A stretch of 64,000 bases of DNA from the NCBI GenBank assembly GCA_023229795.1, contig JALNYP010000001.1, positions 5,321-69,320 of the forward strand. Reading direction: 5' to 3'. The translations under genes were made by a program, and so were the position numbers. The notes below the pieces were generated by a model. The model ran no database searches and was not told the DNA's origin. It saw nothing but the letters and a program-made list of their open reading frames with translations. This stretch comes from Syntrophobacterales bacterium. Lineage in GTDB: Bacteria; Desulfobacterota; Desulfobaccia; Desulfobaccales; 0-14-0-80-60-11. This document shows, piece by piece, positions 1 to 8,268 of this stretch (position 1 is its first letter; the number at the start of each line of letters is the position of its first letter).

Positions 1-440
1 AGCACAAAGCCCAGGGCAATGCAGACGATATCGATGATAGCTCGATGCTTGAGAAAAAAGGAGTAGGCCACATTGAGGAGCAGATAGGCGCCCAGGATTA
101 ATAAGAAATCCGGCCTGGGCAGCAGAGCCCCTAACAAGGCGGCCAGGATCAGGAGGACGGCCATAAACATCATGGCCCCCGGGGGCTCGATAGCCCCGCT
201 GGCCAGGGGGCGGTTCTTCTTGGTGGGATGCCGGCGATCTTCTTCGACGTCTTTCAGATCATTGAGGACATAGACGCCGCCGGCCGCGCAACAGAACGCC
301 GCAAAGGCGATCAGGGTCTGCTCCAGGGCCCCCAGGTCCGCTAATTTCGCCCCGAAAAAGATGGGCAGCCAGACAAACCCATTCTTGAAAAACTGATGAG
401 GCCGCGCCAGTTGCAGGTATAATTTAGCTTTGTTGAGCAT
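1..440 (-). CDS. UbiA-family prenyltransferase, decaprenyl-phosphate phosphoribosyltransferase-like (3' end runs off the window)
   Basis: Absent from the ORF track because there is no stop in the window. Reverse-strand translation from the ATG at 440-438 gives MLNKAKLYLQLARPHQFFKNGFVWLPIFFGAKL...GGVYVLNDLKDVEEDRRHPTKKNRPLASG... This shows the NDxxDxxxD Asp-rich motif and hydrophobic helices typical of UbiA prenyltransferases. The start overlaps the stop of the upstream HAD gene. Confidence 0.75.
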   Translation of the reverse strand, partial: MLNKAKLYLQLARPHQFFKNGFVWLPIFFGAKLADLGALEQTLIAFAAFCCAAGGVYVLNDLKDVEEDRRHPTKKNRPLASGAIEPPGAMMFMAVLLILAALLGALLPRPDFLLILGAYLLLNVAYSFFLKHRAIIDIVCIALGFV

Positions 441-1101
441 CTTTCAACCAGACGGCGAGCCCGTGCAAATGGCGGTTTTTTTGGCGCGCCGCCAGGATCA
501 GGTGGGGCATGCCGGCCCGCCGGGCGCACTCTCCGTCTTTGGCCTCCTGATCTCCGATAAATAAGCACTCCGGGGGCGGGGCGCCCAACTTGGCCGCCGC
601 CACCAGCAGGCCGGCGGGATCGGGCTTCAGCCGGCTGACCTCGGGGCAGGTGGCCGACACCACTACCTGGGCCGTTAATTCCAGGGTGCGGAGCTTGTCC
701 AGAGCCGGATAGTCGGAAAAAACGCCGATAGGGATGCCTTGCTCCTGGAACTGCGAAAATAAGGCCTGAGCGCCAGGATAGCGGCAAGACCGTAAATAGG
801 CAAGAGGTCTTTCAAACATCCAATATTTGACTACATCCCGGACCTTCTCCGGGGACACGCCCGCGGCTTGGGCGGCCCAGGCATACTGCCGGCTTTCCAG
901 ATCGGCCGCGGCCTCTGCCGCATGCTTTTCCCGCATTGTTCTGAAGAGCCAGAGGATTCTCAATTCAGCGAGGCGGGCCGGTTGACTGAGGACGCAACGA
1001 AACATCTCCCTTAACATCCAGAGGCGGAGCCTCCGTTGATCGTAAAGGGTGCCATCCACGTCAAAGATAACGGCTTGGGGAATGCCAGCGGGCGTGGTCA
1101 T
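424..1101 (-). CDS. HAD-superfamily hydrolase/phosphatase
   Basis: N-terminal DVDGTLYD (the DxDGT motif I of HAD enzymes) and a C-terminal GDQEAKDGECARRAGM motif IV-like region. 225-aa ORF. Confidence 0.8.
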   Translation of the reverse strand: MTTPAGIPQAVIFDVDGTLYDQRRLRLWMLREMFRCVLSQPARLAELRILWLFRTMREKHAAEAAADLESRQYAWAAQAAGVSPEKVRDVVKYWMFERPLAYLRSCRYPGAQALFSQFQEQGIPIGVFSDYPALDKLRTLELTAQVVVSATCPEVSRLKPDPAGLLVAAAKLGAPPPECLFIGDQEAKDGECARRAGMPHLILAARQKNRHLHGLAVWLKDAQQS

Positions 1102-1144
1102 AGTCCAGGATAAGTTAATGCGTTTCTTTTCTTATATCATGCAG

Positions 1145-1459
1145 TTAGCCAAGTATCGACCAAATTTTGCGGCATGATAGTACGCCGATGAACTCTCCCA
1201 AACCGGCCACTATCCCGATTATCGTGGCGCTGGCCTTGAGGGAACCCAAAAAGGGGCCAGTTATGCTGCGGGCTCCTTCGTAGGTCAGGTCGCTGAAGAG
1301 GCTGACCACCCCCACCAGGATGATAAATTTCCAGGCCGCGGCCCGGGGAAGGTCTTTAGGGCTGATCGAATGCAAGGATTTTTTCTCTGGATGTCGACGA
1401 TTCACCGTTTCAAAGCCAGGATAACCACGCCTGCTCCCATGAGAAAAATGCCGAACCAC
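1145..1459 (-). pseudogene. N-terminal remnant of an MFS transporter (truncated after about 1.5 TM helices)
   Basis: WKFIILVGVVSLFSDLTYEGARSITGPFLGSLKASATIIGIVAGLGEFIG matches the conserved N-terminus of a roughly 400-aa MFS family. The ORF then diverges and stops (VLSCRKIWSILG*). Its 5' part overlaps the EamA gene end. Confidence 0.45.
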
Positions 1460-1836
1460 TCCCTGGCGCCCGGTCGTTCACCGAGGAACAGGACCGCAAA
1501 AAGCGCCACGAACGGGAGGCTCAGCTTGTCGACGGGCGCGACTTTCGAGGCCTCGCCCACTTTCAAGGCCCGAAAGTAGCAGACCCAGGAGGCCCCGGTC
1601 GCCAACCCTGACAACACCAGAAAAATCCAGGTCTTCGGTTGAAGTTCGAAGGGGTTGCGGTATTTCCCGGCGAAGTAAACGAAGCCGGCGAGCACGATCA
1701 GGATCACAACAGTGCGAATAAGCGTGGCCAGGTCCGAATCGACGCCCTCCAGGCCGATCTTGGCGAAGATCGCCGTCAGCGCGGCAAAGACCGCTGATAA
1801 TAAGGCCCAACCCAACCAGCCGGTCACCGGGGTCAT
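1402..1836 (-). CDS. EamA/DMT-family small transporter (single EamA domain)
   Basis: From MTPVTGWLGWALLSAVFAALTAIFAKIGL...; 4-5 hydrophobic helices; the EamA-like GASWVCYFRALKVGEASKVAPVDKLS segment. An internal Met was chosen because the upstream ORF extension is Arg/Pro-rich. Confidence 0.7.
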   Translation of the reverse strand: MTPVTGWLGWALLSAVFAALTAIFAKIGLEGVDSDLATLIRTVVILIVLAGFVYFAGKYRNPFELQPKTWIFLVLSGLATGASWVCYFRALKVGEASKVAPVDKLSLPFVALFAVLFLGERPGAREWFGIFLMGAGVVILALKR

Positions 1837-1843
1837 GGGTGTC

Positions 1844-3124
1844 TCACGCGGTTGGGGCTGAGGTGGAGGCATATCCAGCTCGCAGCAGGGCATCACGGCT
1901 GACCAGGCCCTTGAATTTTCCCTGCGCATCGACCACAGGCAAGCGTTTAATCGCCTTTTCAAGCATCAGTCGGATGGCTTCGTTGATCGGGGCGTCTTCC
2001 CGCACCGTCACGATATTGGGGTTCATGACTTCCCCCGCGGTTTTGCCAGCCAGGTCTTCCTGAAGCGGGGTGGGCTCGGCTAAGGAAATCTTGCTCACAA
2101 AGTAATCCCAGATGCCCGGATGGCGGTCAGAAAAAGCTGCCAGGAGGTCCCGATCCGAGATCAATCCCAGGAAATTTCCTTCCCGGTCCACCACGCAAAC
2201 CCGCTGAAGGTCGTTGCAGTCGATGAGGCGAATCACTTCCGCGATCGGGGTGTCTGGGGAAACCGTGGCGGTATCGCGGCGCATGATGTCGGAGACGAAG
2301 CGCAGGTTGACGGCAATCTCCTGCTTTTGGAAAGCTTGCCAATCAGGGCACTCCCGCAAAATGGTATGAAACACGTCCAGGCGTGAGAGGATGCCGACAA
2401 GTTTGCCGCTGGCATCGATGACCGGAAGACGCTTCACCTGTTTCTTCAGCATGAGATTTACGGCATCGGTAACCGACTTATCCTGCTCAATGGTCACGGC
2501 CGGCCGAGTCATGACTTCTTTGGCCTGCCTCGGAGCGAGATCCGCAAGAATTGCGCTCGCTTTTTCAGGGCCCGATTCAGCCAGCAAACCGAGCCGCACC
2601 GGCATGCCTGCCTTATAGATTAAATCCCCCTGAGAGATGACGCCGACCGGCCGGTTTTCGCCATCGACCACGGGAACCCCGGTGAAAGTGGAAGAGAGCA
2701 GGAGGCGGGCCACTTCGGCCAGCGAGGTGAACAGGCTGACCTTTTTCGGAGCCGGGGTCATGATGTCCCGAACCCGGGTATCCTTCGGGATGAGCAGACC
2801 ATGGGTCTTATGGGAAATGACGTTCAAATCGTGGACAGCGACGATGCCGTCCGAGACCATCTGCTCCGCCCTGGCTAAAACCCTCTCGGATTCGACAGCC
2901 GGCAAGACAATAGTGATCCGCACCGGCATATTGTAGGAGAGGACCTCAAGCCTGCCGGTAGCCATCTCCCCGCTTTCATAGGAACCCTCGATCCCTTTGG
3001 CCACCAGGCAACGCGCCGCGATCTTGAGGTCATGCACAAACTGGACGATGGCATCGTAAACGGGGCTCCCTTGCCAACGGACTTCTTCACTCGTGAAGAT
3101 CTCGATTATTTTATATTGCTGCAT
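1844..3124 (-). CDS. DUF190 (PII-like, CrcB-associated) domain fused to two CBS pairs
   Basis: The N-terminus YKIIEIFTSEEVRWQGSPVYDAIVQFVHDLKIAARCLVAKGIEG...PVRITIVLP fits DUF190. Four CBS-like repeats follow (VRDIMTPAPKKV..., AKEVMTRPAVTI..., VSDIMRRDTATV..., AGEVMNPNIVTV...). It lies immediately downstream of crcB. Confidence 0.8.
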   Translation of the reverse strand: MQQYKIIEIFTSEEVRWQGSPVYDAIVQFVHDLKIAARCLVAKGIEGSYESGEMATGRLEVLSYNMPVRITIVLPAVESERVLARAEQMVSDGIVAVHDLNVISHKTHGLLIPKDTRVRDIMTPAPKKVSLFTSLAEVARLLLSSTFTGVPVVDGENRPVGVISQGDLIYKAGMPVRLGLLAESGPEKASAILADLAPRQAKEVMTRPAVTIEQDKSVTDAVNLMLKKQVKRLPVIDASGKLVGILSRLDVFHTILRECPDWQAFQKQEIAVNLRFVSDIMRRDTATVSPDTPIAEVIRLIDCNDLQRVCVVDREGNFLGLISDRDLLAAFSDRHPGIWDYFVSKISLAEPTPLQEDLAGKTAGEVMNPNIVTVREDAPINEAIRLMLEKAIKRLPVVDAQGKFKGLVSRDALLRAGYASTSAPTA

Positions 3125-3137
3125 CTCCGGCCCCACC

Positions 3138-3512
3138 TTACCGTAAGCGGCCCACCAGCATGCCCAGGAACACCAAGGCTGCGCCCATCACATTGTTGGA
3201 AAGAAAGTTGGCCACCGTGACCAGGTGGGTTCCCGCCCGCATGGAATTCACCGTCTCCAAGCCGAAGGTCGAAAAAGTGGTCAGAGCCCCGAGAAAACCC
3301 GTGATAAAAAACAGGCGGATAGAGGGATTCATGACGCCCAGGCCCCGTTCGCCCCAAGCAAACGCCAGGCCGATGAGAAAGCACCCCGAGAGGTTGACGG
3401 TGAGGGTTCCCCAGGGGAATCTGGTGCCAAAAAGCTTTGCCGCCCACAGGGACACCGCATATCGGGCCAGGGCCCCAATGCTGCCGCCGGCCATCACCAA
3501 GAGTATCTTCAT
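3138..3512 (-). CDS. crcB: Fluoride ion channel CrcB/FluC
   Basis: MKILLVMAGGSIGALARYAVS...FPWGTLTVNLSGCFLIG...GFLGALTTFSTF is the canonical CrcB signature. An internal start was chosen (124 aa, typical size). A fluoride riboswitch lies upstream. Confidence 0.9.
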   Translation of the reverse strand: MKILLVMAGGSIGALARYAVSLWAAKLFGTRFPWGTLTVNLSGCFLIGLAFAWGERGLGVMNPSIRLFFITGFLGALTTFSTFGLETVNSMRAGTHLVTVANFLSNNVMGAALVFLGMLVGRLR

Positions 3513-3701
3513 GATCCACCCATCATTTCCCAGCATCTGTCGCAGCCGATTGAAGGCGAAGCGTTTCAACTCCCCGGTTCCGTGCCAGAGATTCAAGGAA
3601 CGCCATGGGAGGGATAGGCGTTGCCGCAGCTTTAAACGCATCGATCTGTCCTCTATCCCCATAAGATTCAGATTAGGCGAACCTGCGCATGATCTTCAGG
3701 C

Positions 3702-3795
3702 AAAAAAAAACCTCTACCGGGGGCCTTTCGCCCAGTAGAAGTCATCAGCCTCGGGCCTCAAGACCCAGACGGTTCATGGCGGACTTCATCACCTC
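3702..3795 (-). promoter_or_regulatory. Fluoride riboswitch (crcB RNA motif) with intrinsic-terminator expression platform
   Basis: The minus-strand RNA reads GGUGAUGAAGUCCGCCAUGAACCGUCUGGGUCUUGAGGCCCGAGGCUGAUGACUUCUACUGGGCGAAAGGCCCCCGGUAGAGGUUUUUUUUU. The conserved GAUG, AACCG, GGCUGAUGA and CUAC blocks are present. The pseudoknot GAAGUC/GACUUC is perfect. The terminator stem CUACUGGG/CCCGGUAG plus a U9 run shares the CUAC with the aptamer. Confidence 0.9.
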
Positions 3796-3799
3796 TAAA

Positions 3800-3829
3800 A
3801 ATATAGCATCATCAACTCGGCATCTTCAA
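3800..3829 (-). promoter_or_regulatory. Putative sigma-70 promoter of the fluoride operon
   Basis: Minus strand: TTGAAG-18 nt-TATATT, ending a few nt before the first aptamer nucleotide. Confidence 0.5.
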
Positions 3830-3887
3830 TATTTTTTATGCCGGCGCAAAAACATTTTTCCGGCTGGAAGTTGGCCGCTAAACTTTT

Positions 3888-5045
3888 TTAGGCCCCCTCG
3901 GCCAGGATGCGGCGATAGTGCTGAATCAGGCGATCGGCATAATCTCTCCAGGTGAAACCCTGTTGGACCCGCTGGAGGGCTGAGGCTCCCATGGTGCGCC
4001 GGGCCTCGGGGTGTTCATAGAAATAGAGAATCTTCTCTTTCAGGGCGGCTACATCCCGAATGGGGACGATAAAGCCATCCACCCCGGGTCGGACGATATC
4101 CTCACCCCCCGTGTTGGTCGTGATAACTACCGGCAGGCCGCACGCCATGGCCTGGGCCTGCACCGTGGCCAGGCCTTCTTCGATGGAGGCCAGACAAAAG
4201 ACCGAGCCCTGGGACAGGATGCGGCTTAATTCCCTTTGGGGGAAGGCGCCCTTGGCAATAATGGCGGGAGAGGCAAACTTTTTCAGGAAGGGGGCGATCT
4301 CTTCGGCAATAGGGCCGACCAGCCATAGTTCGGCGCGGGGCAGCTTGAGCTCAAAGAAGGCCTGCAGCAGATAATGCACCCCTTTTCTGAGGCTGGCATT
4401 GCCGCAGTGGATAACCCGAAAGATTTGGTCTGCCTTGGGGACCGGATAAAATTCGGCAAGATTGACGCCGTACGGATTGTGAATGAGCTTGCTCTCGGGA
4501 ATCCCTTGTTCAAGGAAGCTTCTTTTCACATATTGGGAAGGGACCAAAATATAATCCGCTTCCCGGTATTCCGCCAGTTCTTTCTCGACCACTTGGGGAT
4601 GAACAATGACTTTCTTGAGGCCCAAGCGATCGTACTCTTCCGTGAGTAACCTTCTTTGGGAAAGCATGTGGCTCGAACCCCGCTCCAGCACGGTTAGAGC
4701 TCCCAGCTTTCGGGCCCGGCGCAAAGAATGGAGGGCCCCGCTGCTCAATCCCATGAAGATGTCCGTATCCCGGGGAATATGCCAGGCGGCATGGCGATCA
4801 AAGAACTCAAAGACCTGGTATTGAGGGTCAATCAGGGCGCGGAGGGCGTCGGGGAATTTAACGCTGATCCGGTTACTGATCTCATGGAGCACGAGGGATT
4901 TAAGGTGCTTCCGGTCAAGGCCGTATTTTACCGTTTCAAAGGCCGGATAGCTGGTGATCAGCCTCCTTAAGCAGCCCCGATCCTGTAACTGCCTGGCGAC
5001 CTGAAACAGATGGAAACGCCCTAAGACGCTCATGGTGATGTTCAT
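3888..5045 (-). CDS. Glycosyltransferase family 4 (GT-B, Glycos_transf_1 type)
   Basis: C-terminal CLASIEEGLATVQAQAMACGLPVVITTNTGGEDIV...GFIVP is the E-x7-E type GT4 signature. The start is set at MNITMSVLGRFH; the ORF extends to 5087 and a GTG or ATG alternative is possible. Confidence 0.8.
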   Translation of the reverse strand: MNITMSVLGRFHLFQVARQLQDRGCLRRLITSYPAFETVKYGLDRKHLKSLVLHEISNRISVKFPDALRALIDPQYQVFEFFDRHAAWHIPRDTDIFMGLSSGALHSLRRARKLGALTVLERGSSHMLSQRRLLTEEYDRLGLKKVIVHPQVVEKELAEYREADYILVPSQYVKRSFLEQGIPESKLIHNPYGVNLAEFYPVPKADQIFRVIHCGNASLRKGVHYLLQAFFELKLPRAELWLVGPIAEEIAPFLKKFASPAIIAKGAFPQRELSRILSQGSVFCLASIEEGLATVQAQAMACGLPVVITTNTGGEDIVRPGVDGFIVPIRDVAALKEKILYFYEHPEARRTMGASALQRVQQGFTWRDYADRLIQHYRRILAEGA

Positions 5046-5122
5046 TTGTTCGCTAGAGCCTGCCATTTGTTCTCTATCTGTAAGCACCAGCCTCCGTATG
5101 GCGGCGGGCCGGGAGGCCCGCG

Positions 5123-6466
5123 CTACTCAGTACCCCGCCGGATGGCTTCAAAGGTAAGGTCGCACAGGCTACCCAGTTCTTCCGGGGTGATGCACAAGGG
5201 CGGCAGGAGCACGATGACATCTCCCAGGGGGCGCAGGATGGCCCCCAACTGCCGGGCCGCCTGGATTACCCGGTGGCCGGTGCGCCGTTCCAGGGGGAAG
5301 GCTTCCCGGCTGGCCTTATCGGCCACCAGTTCGATCCCCACCATCAGGCCCCGCTGCCGGATATCCCCGACGTGGGGATGGGCGGCCATCCCGGCCAGGC
5401 GCGCGGTCAAGAGCTCGATCTTGGCCGGCAGCCCCTGAAGCACCCGGTCCTGGACGAAGATATCCAGGCTGGCCAGACCCACCGCGGCCCCCAGGGGATT
5501 TCCGGTATAGGTGTGACCGTGGAAAAAGGTCTTGAACTCCTCGAATTTGCCCAGGAAGGCCCCATAGACCTCGTCCGTGGCCAGGGTGGCGGCCAGGGGC
5601 AGATAGCCCCCGGTGATGCCCTTGGCCAGGCAGAGGAGATCAGGGCTCACCCCTTCGTGTTCGCAGGCGAACATCCGGCCGGTGCGCCCGAAACCCACGG
5701 CCACTTCATCGGCGATGAGGAGCACGTCGTAGCGCCGGGTGATCTCCCGGACGCGGGCCAGATAGCCGGGGGGCTGGGGGATCATGCCCGCGGCGCCCTG
5801 CATCACCGGCTCCAAGATCAGCGCTGCCAGTTCCTGGTGATGGCTGGCCACCGTTTCCTCCAGGCTCATGAGACATTGCTCCCGGCAATCGTCCCGGTGC
5901 GGGCAGCGGTAGCAGTAAGGGGACGGGGCCTCCAGGGTGTCGAACAACAGCGGCCGGTAAATTTCGTGAAATAGGGGAATGCCGCCCACGGACACCGCGC
6001 CGAGGGTATCGCCGTGGTAGGCGTTGTTGAGCTTCAGGAAGCGCTGTTTCTCTCCCTGCCCCCGGTTGCGCCAGAATTGGAAGGCTATCTTCAGGGCCAC
6101 TTCCACGGCGGTGGAGCCGTTGTCCGAAAAGAAGACTTTGTTGAGGCCCGCGGGCGCGATCGAAGCTAAGCGGCGGGCCAGGCGGATGGCGGCGGGATGG
6201 GCGATGCCCAGGAGGGTGCTGTGGGCCACCTGCGAAAGCTGGGCCACCAGGGCCTGATCCAGTTCAGGGCGCCGGTGCCCGTGGAGGTTGGCCCAGAGGG
6301 AAGAGACGCCGTCCAGGTAGCGGCGGCCCTGGAAATCGTAGAGATAAACTCCTTCCCCCCGGCTGATGATCAGGGGGTCTTCTTCCCGAAAGCCCTGCAT
6401 CTGGGTGAAGGGATGCCAGACATGCTCCCGGTCCCAGGTAACCAACGTGTCACGGTCATAATCCAT
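5123..6466 (-). CDS. bioA: Adenosylmethionine-8-amino-7-oxononanoate aminotransferase
   Basis: WHPFTQMQ..., class-III aminotransferase body, PLP-lysine context [14 protein letters not shown]. 447 aa. Confidence 0.85.
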   Translation of the reverse strand: MDYDRDTLVTWDREHVWHPFTQMQGFREEDPLIISRGEGVYLYDFQGRRYLDGVSSLWANLHGHRRPELDQALVAQLSQVAHSTLLGIAHPAAIRLARRLASIAPAGLNKVFFSDNGSTAVEVALKIAFQFWRNRGQGEKQRFLKLNNAYHGDTLGAVSVGGIPLFHEIYRPLLFDTLEAPSPYCYRCPHRDDCREQCLMSLEETVASHHQELAALILEPVMQGAAGMIPQPPGYLARVREITRRYDVLLIADEVAVGFGRTGRMFACEHEGVSPDLLCLAKGITGGYLPLAATLATDEVYGAFLGKFEEFKTFFHGHTYTGNPLGAAVGLASLDIFVQDRVLQGLPAKIELLTARLAGMAAHPHVGDIRQRGLMVGIELVADKASREAFPLERRTGHRVIQAARQLGAILRPLGDVIVLLPPLCITPEELGSLCDLTFEAIRRGTE

Positions 6467-6858
6467 GGATGTGCCTCGCTGACATGGCGGCGTGCCGGGG
6501 CGCGGCGGCAGGCGGCCGTCCCCTCCCTACTAATATATGAAAAAAACCGCCGGGAAGGAAGGAGAAGGATGGTGCGAGTGGCGCGTTCGACAGGCGCCTG
6601 CCCAGGCGAGAAGGCGGCGCCATTCCATCCACGGAGCGGTCCCCGCAAAACCCAATTCCGGCATAATCTTGAATCAGTCAAGTTAAGGATAACAGGGAAG
6701 AATTACCCCCCTTTCCTAAAGGGGGGCAGGGGGGATTAAATAACCGTCTGATAATCCCCCTAAATCCCCCTTTAGAAAAGGGGGACTTAAAAACTCCCTG
6801 CCTAATTTCTTACCGGCTGAGGGGATATTGGAAACCTCAAATTGATTTGAAATAGGTT

Positions 6859-8268
6859 CTAGGCAGAGGTCGGCCCGGCGAAGCCCTCCGGCGCCGGACG
6901 CCGGGGATCGACGAGTTGGAAGCGGCGCATCTTGTTGAACAGGGTGGTGCGGCTGATCCCCAGGCTGCGGGCGCTGAGCTGGCGGTTCCAGCTAAAGGAT
7001 TCCAGGGCATTGATGAGGATTTCCCTCTCGGCCAGGGCCAGGGCTTCCTCCAGCTTGAGGTGCTTGAGGGCCTCCCGAGGGGTGGCCGGCTTGCTTTCCC
7101 GGATATTGCCGGGCAAGGATTCGGGGACGATAAACTCCCCGGGGCTTAAAATGACCGCCCGTTCGATGACATTCTCCAACTCCCGGACATTCCCCGGCCA
7201 CGGGTATTGGAGACAGATCTGCAGGGTGCTCTTGGAGATGCCCTTGATCTCTTTATGGTGAATCTGGTTGAAATGCTTGATAAAATGCAGGGCCAGGGGT
7301 TCGATGTCGCTCAAACGGTCCCGCAGGGGCGGGATGGTGAAGGAGACCACATTGATGCGGTAATACAGGTCTTCCCGGAAGTTCTGCTTGGCCACTTCGT
7401 CCTGGAGGGAAGTATTGGTGGCGGTGATGATCCGCACATCCGTCTGATAGGGGACATTGCCGCCGACGCGTTCGATGACCTTTTCCTGGAGGACGCGCAG
7501 GAGCTTGACCTGGAGATTAGCGGAGGCGGAGTTAATGTCGTCCAGGAAGATGGTGCCGCCGTTGGCCTCCTCGAATTTGCCTTTTTTGTCCCGGATGGCC
7601 CCGGTAAAGGAGCCCCGCACATGGCCGAAAAGCTCGCTTTCCAGCAGGGTTTCGGAGAGCGAACCGCAACTGATCTTGACGAAGGGACCTTCCCGGCGGT
7701 GAGAGTGGTCGTGGATATAGCGGGCCAGCATGGACTTGCCGGTGCCCGATTCGCCGGTGATCAGGACCGTGGCCATGGTGTCGGCAATGGTGTGGACCAT
7801 TTCGAGGAGGCGGTCCATCTTGCGGTCCCCGAAGACCAGGGTCTCGTCCAGGGCCCAGGGCTTAAGGCGCTGCTTCAGGGTGTTATAGGAGGCCTGGAGC
7901 TTTTTCTGCTCCAAGGCGTGGCCGATGGTGAGCTTGAGACGCAGATCGTCGATGGGCTTGGTAATGTAGTCGTAGGCTCCCAGTTTAATGGCTTCGACCG
8001 CGCCGGCGATATGGCCGTGGCCGGTGATAAAGATGACCAGGGTGTCGGGAGCCCGCCCTTTCAGCTCCTTGAGCAGCTCGAAACCGTCAAGCCCCGGCAT
8101 TTGGATATCGGAGAGGATAAGAGAGTATTTTACCCCCCTAAGGTTCTCCAAGGCGGCTTGGCCGCTCAGCACCGCGTCCACGGTGAAGCCTTCCATCAAG
8201 AGCATCTCTTTGAGAGACTCGCAGACCAGGGAATCATCATCCACGATCAAGAGGTCTTTAGTCGCCAT
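6859..8268 (-). CDS. Sigma-54-dependent response regulator (NtrC/AtoC family)
   Basis: REC domain (LLIVDDDS...DIQMPGLDG), AAA+ Walker A GESGTGKS, the GSFTGA sigma-54 contact motif, and a C-terminal Fis-type HTH. Confidence 0.9.
   Translation of the reverse strand: MATKDLLIVDDDSLVCESLKEMLLMEGFTVDAVLSGQAALENLRGVKYSLILSDIQMPGLDGFELLKELKGRAPDTLVIFITGHGHIAGAVEAIKLGAYDYITKPIDDLRLKLTIGHALEQKKLQASYNTLKQRLKPWALDETLVFGDRKMDRLLEMVHTIADTMATVLITGESGTGKSMLARYIHDHSHRREGPFVKISCGSLSETLLESELFGHVRGSFTGAIRDKKGKFEEANGGTIFLDDINSASANLQVKLLRVLQEKVIERVGGNVPYQTDVRIITATNTSLQDEVAKQNFREDLYYRINVVSFTIPPLRDRLSDIEPLALHFIKHFNQIHHKEIKGISKSTLQICLQYPWPGNVRELENVIERAVILSPGEFIVPESLPGNIRESKPATPREALKHLKLEEALALAEREILINALESFSWNRQLSARSLGISRTTLFNKMRRFQLVDPRRPAPEGFAGPTSA

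Noticed and set aside
341-787. 148-aa minus-strand ORF overlapping the HAD and UbiA genes
   Set aside because: It is out of frame with two motif-supported genes and its composition is Arg/Pro/Gly-rich.
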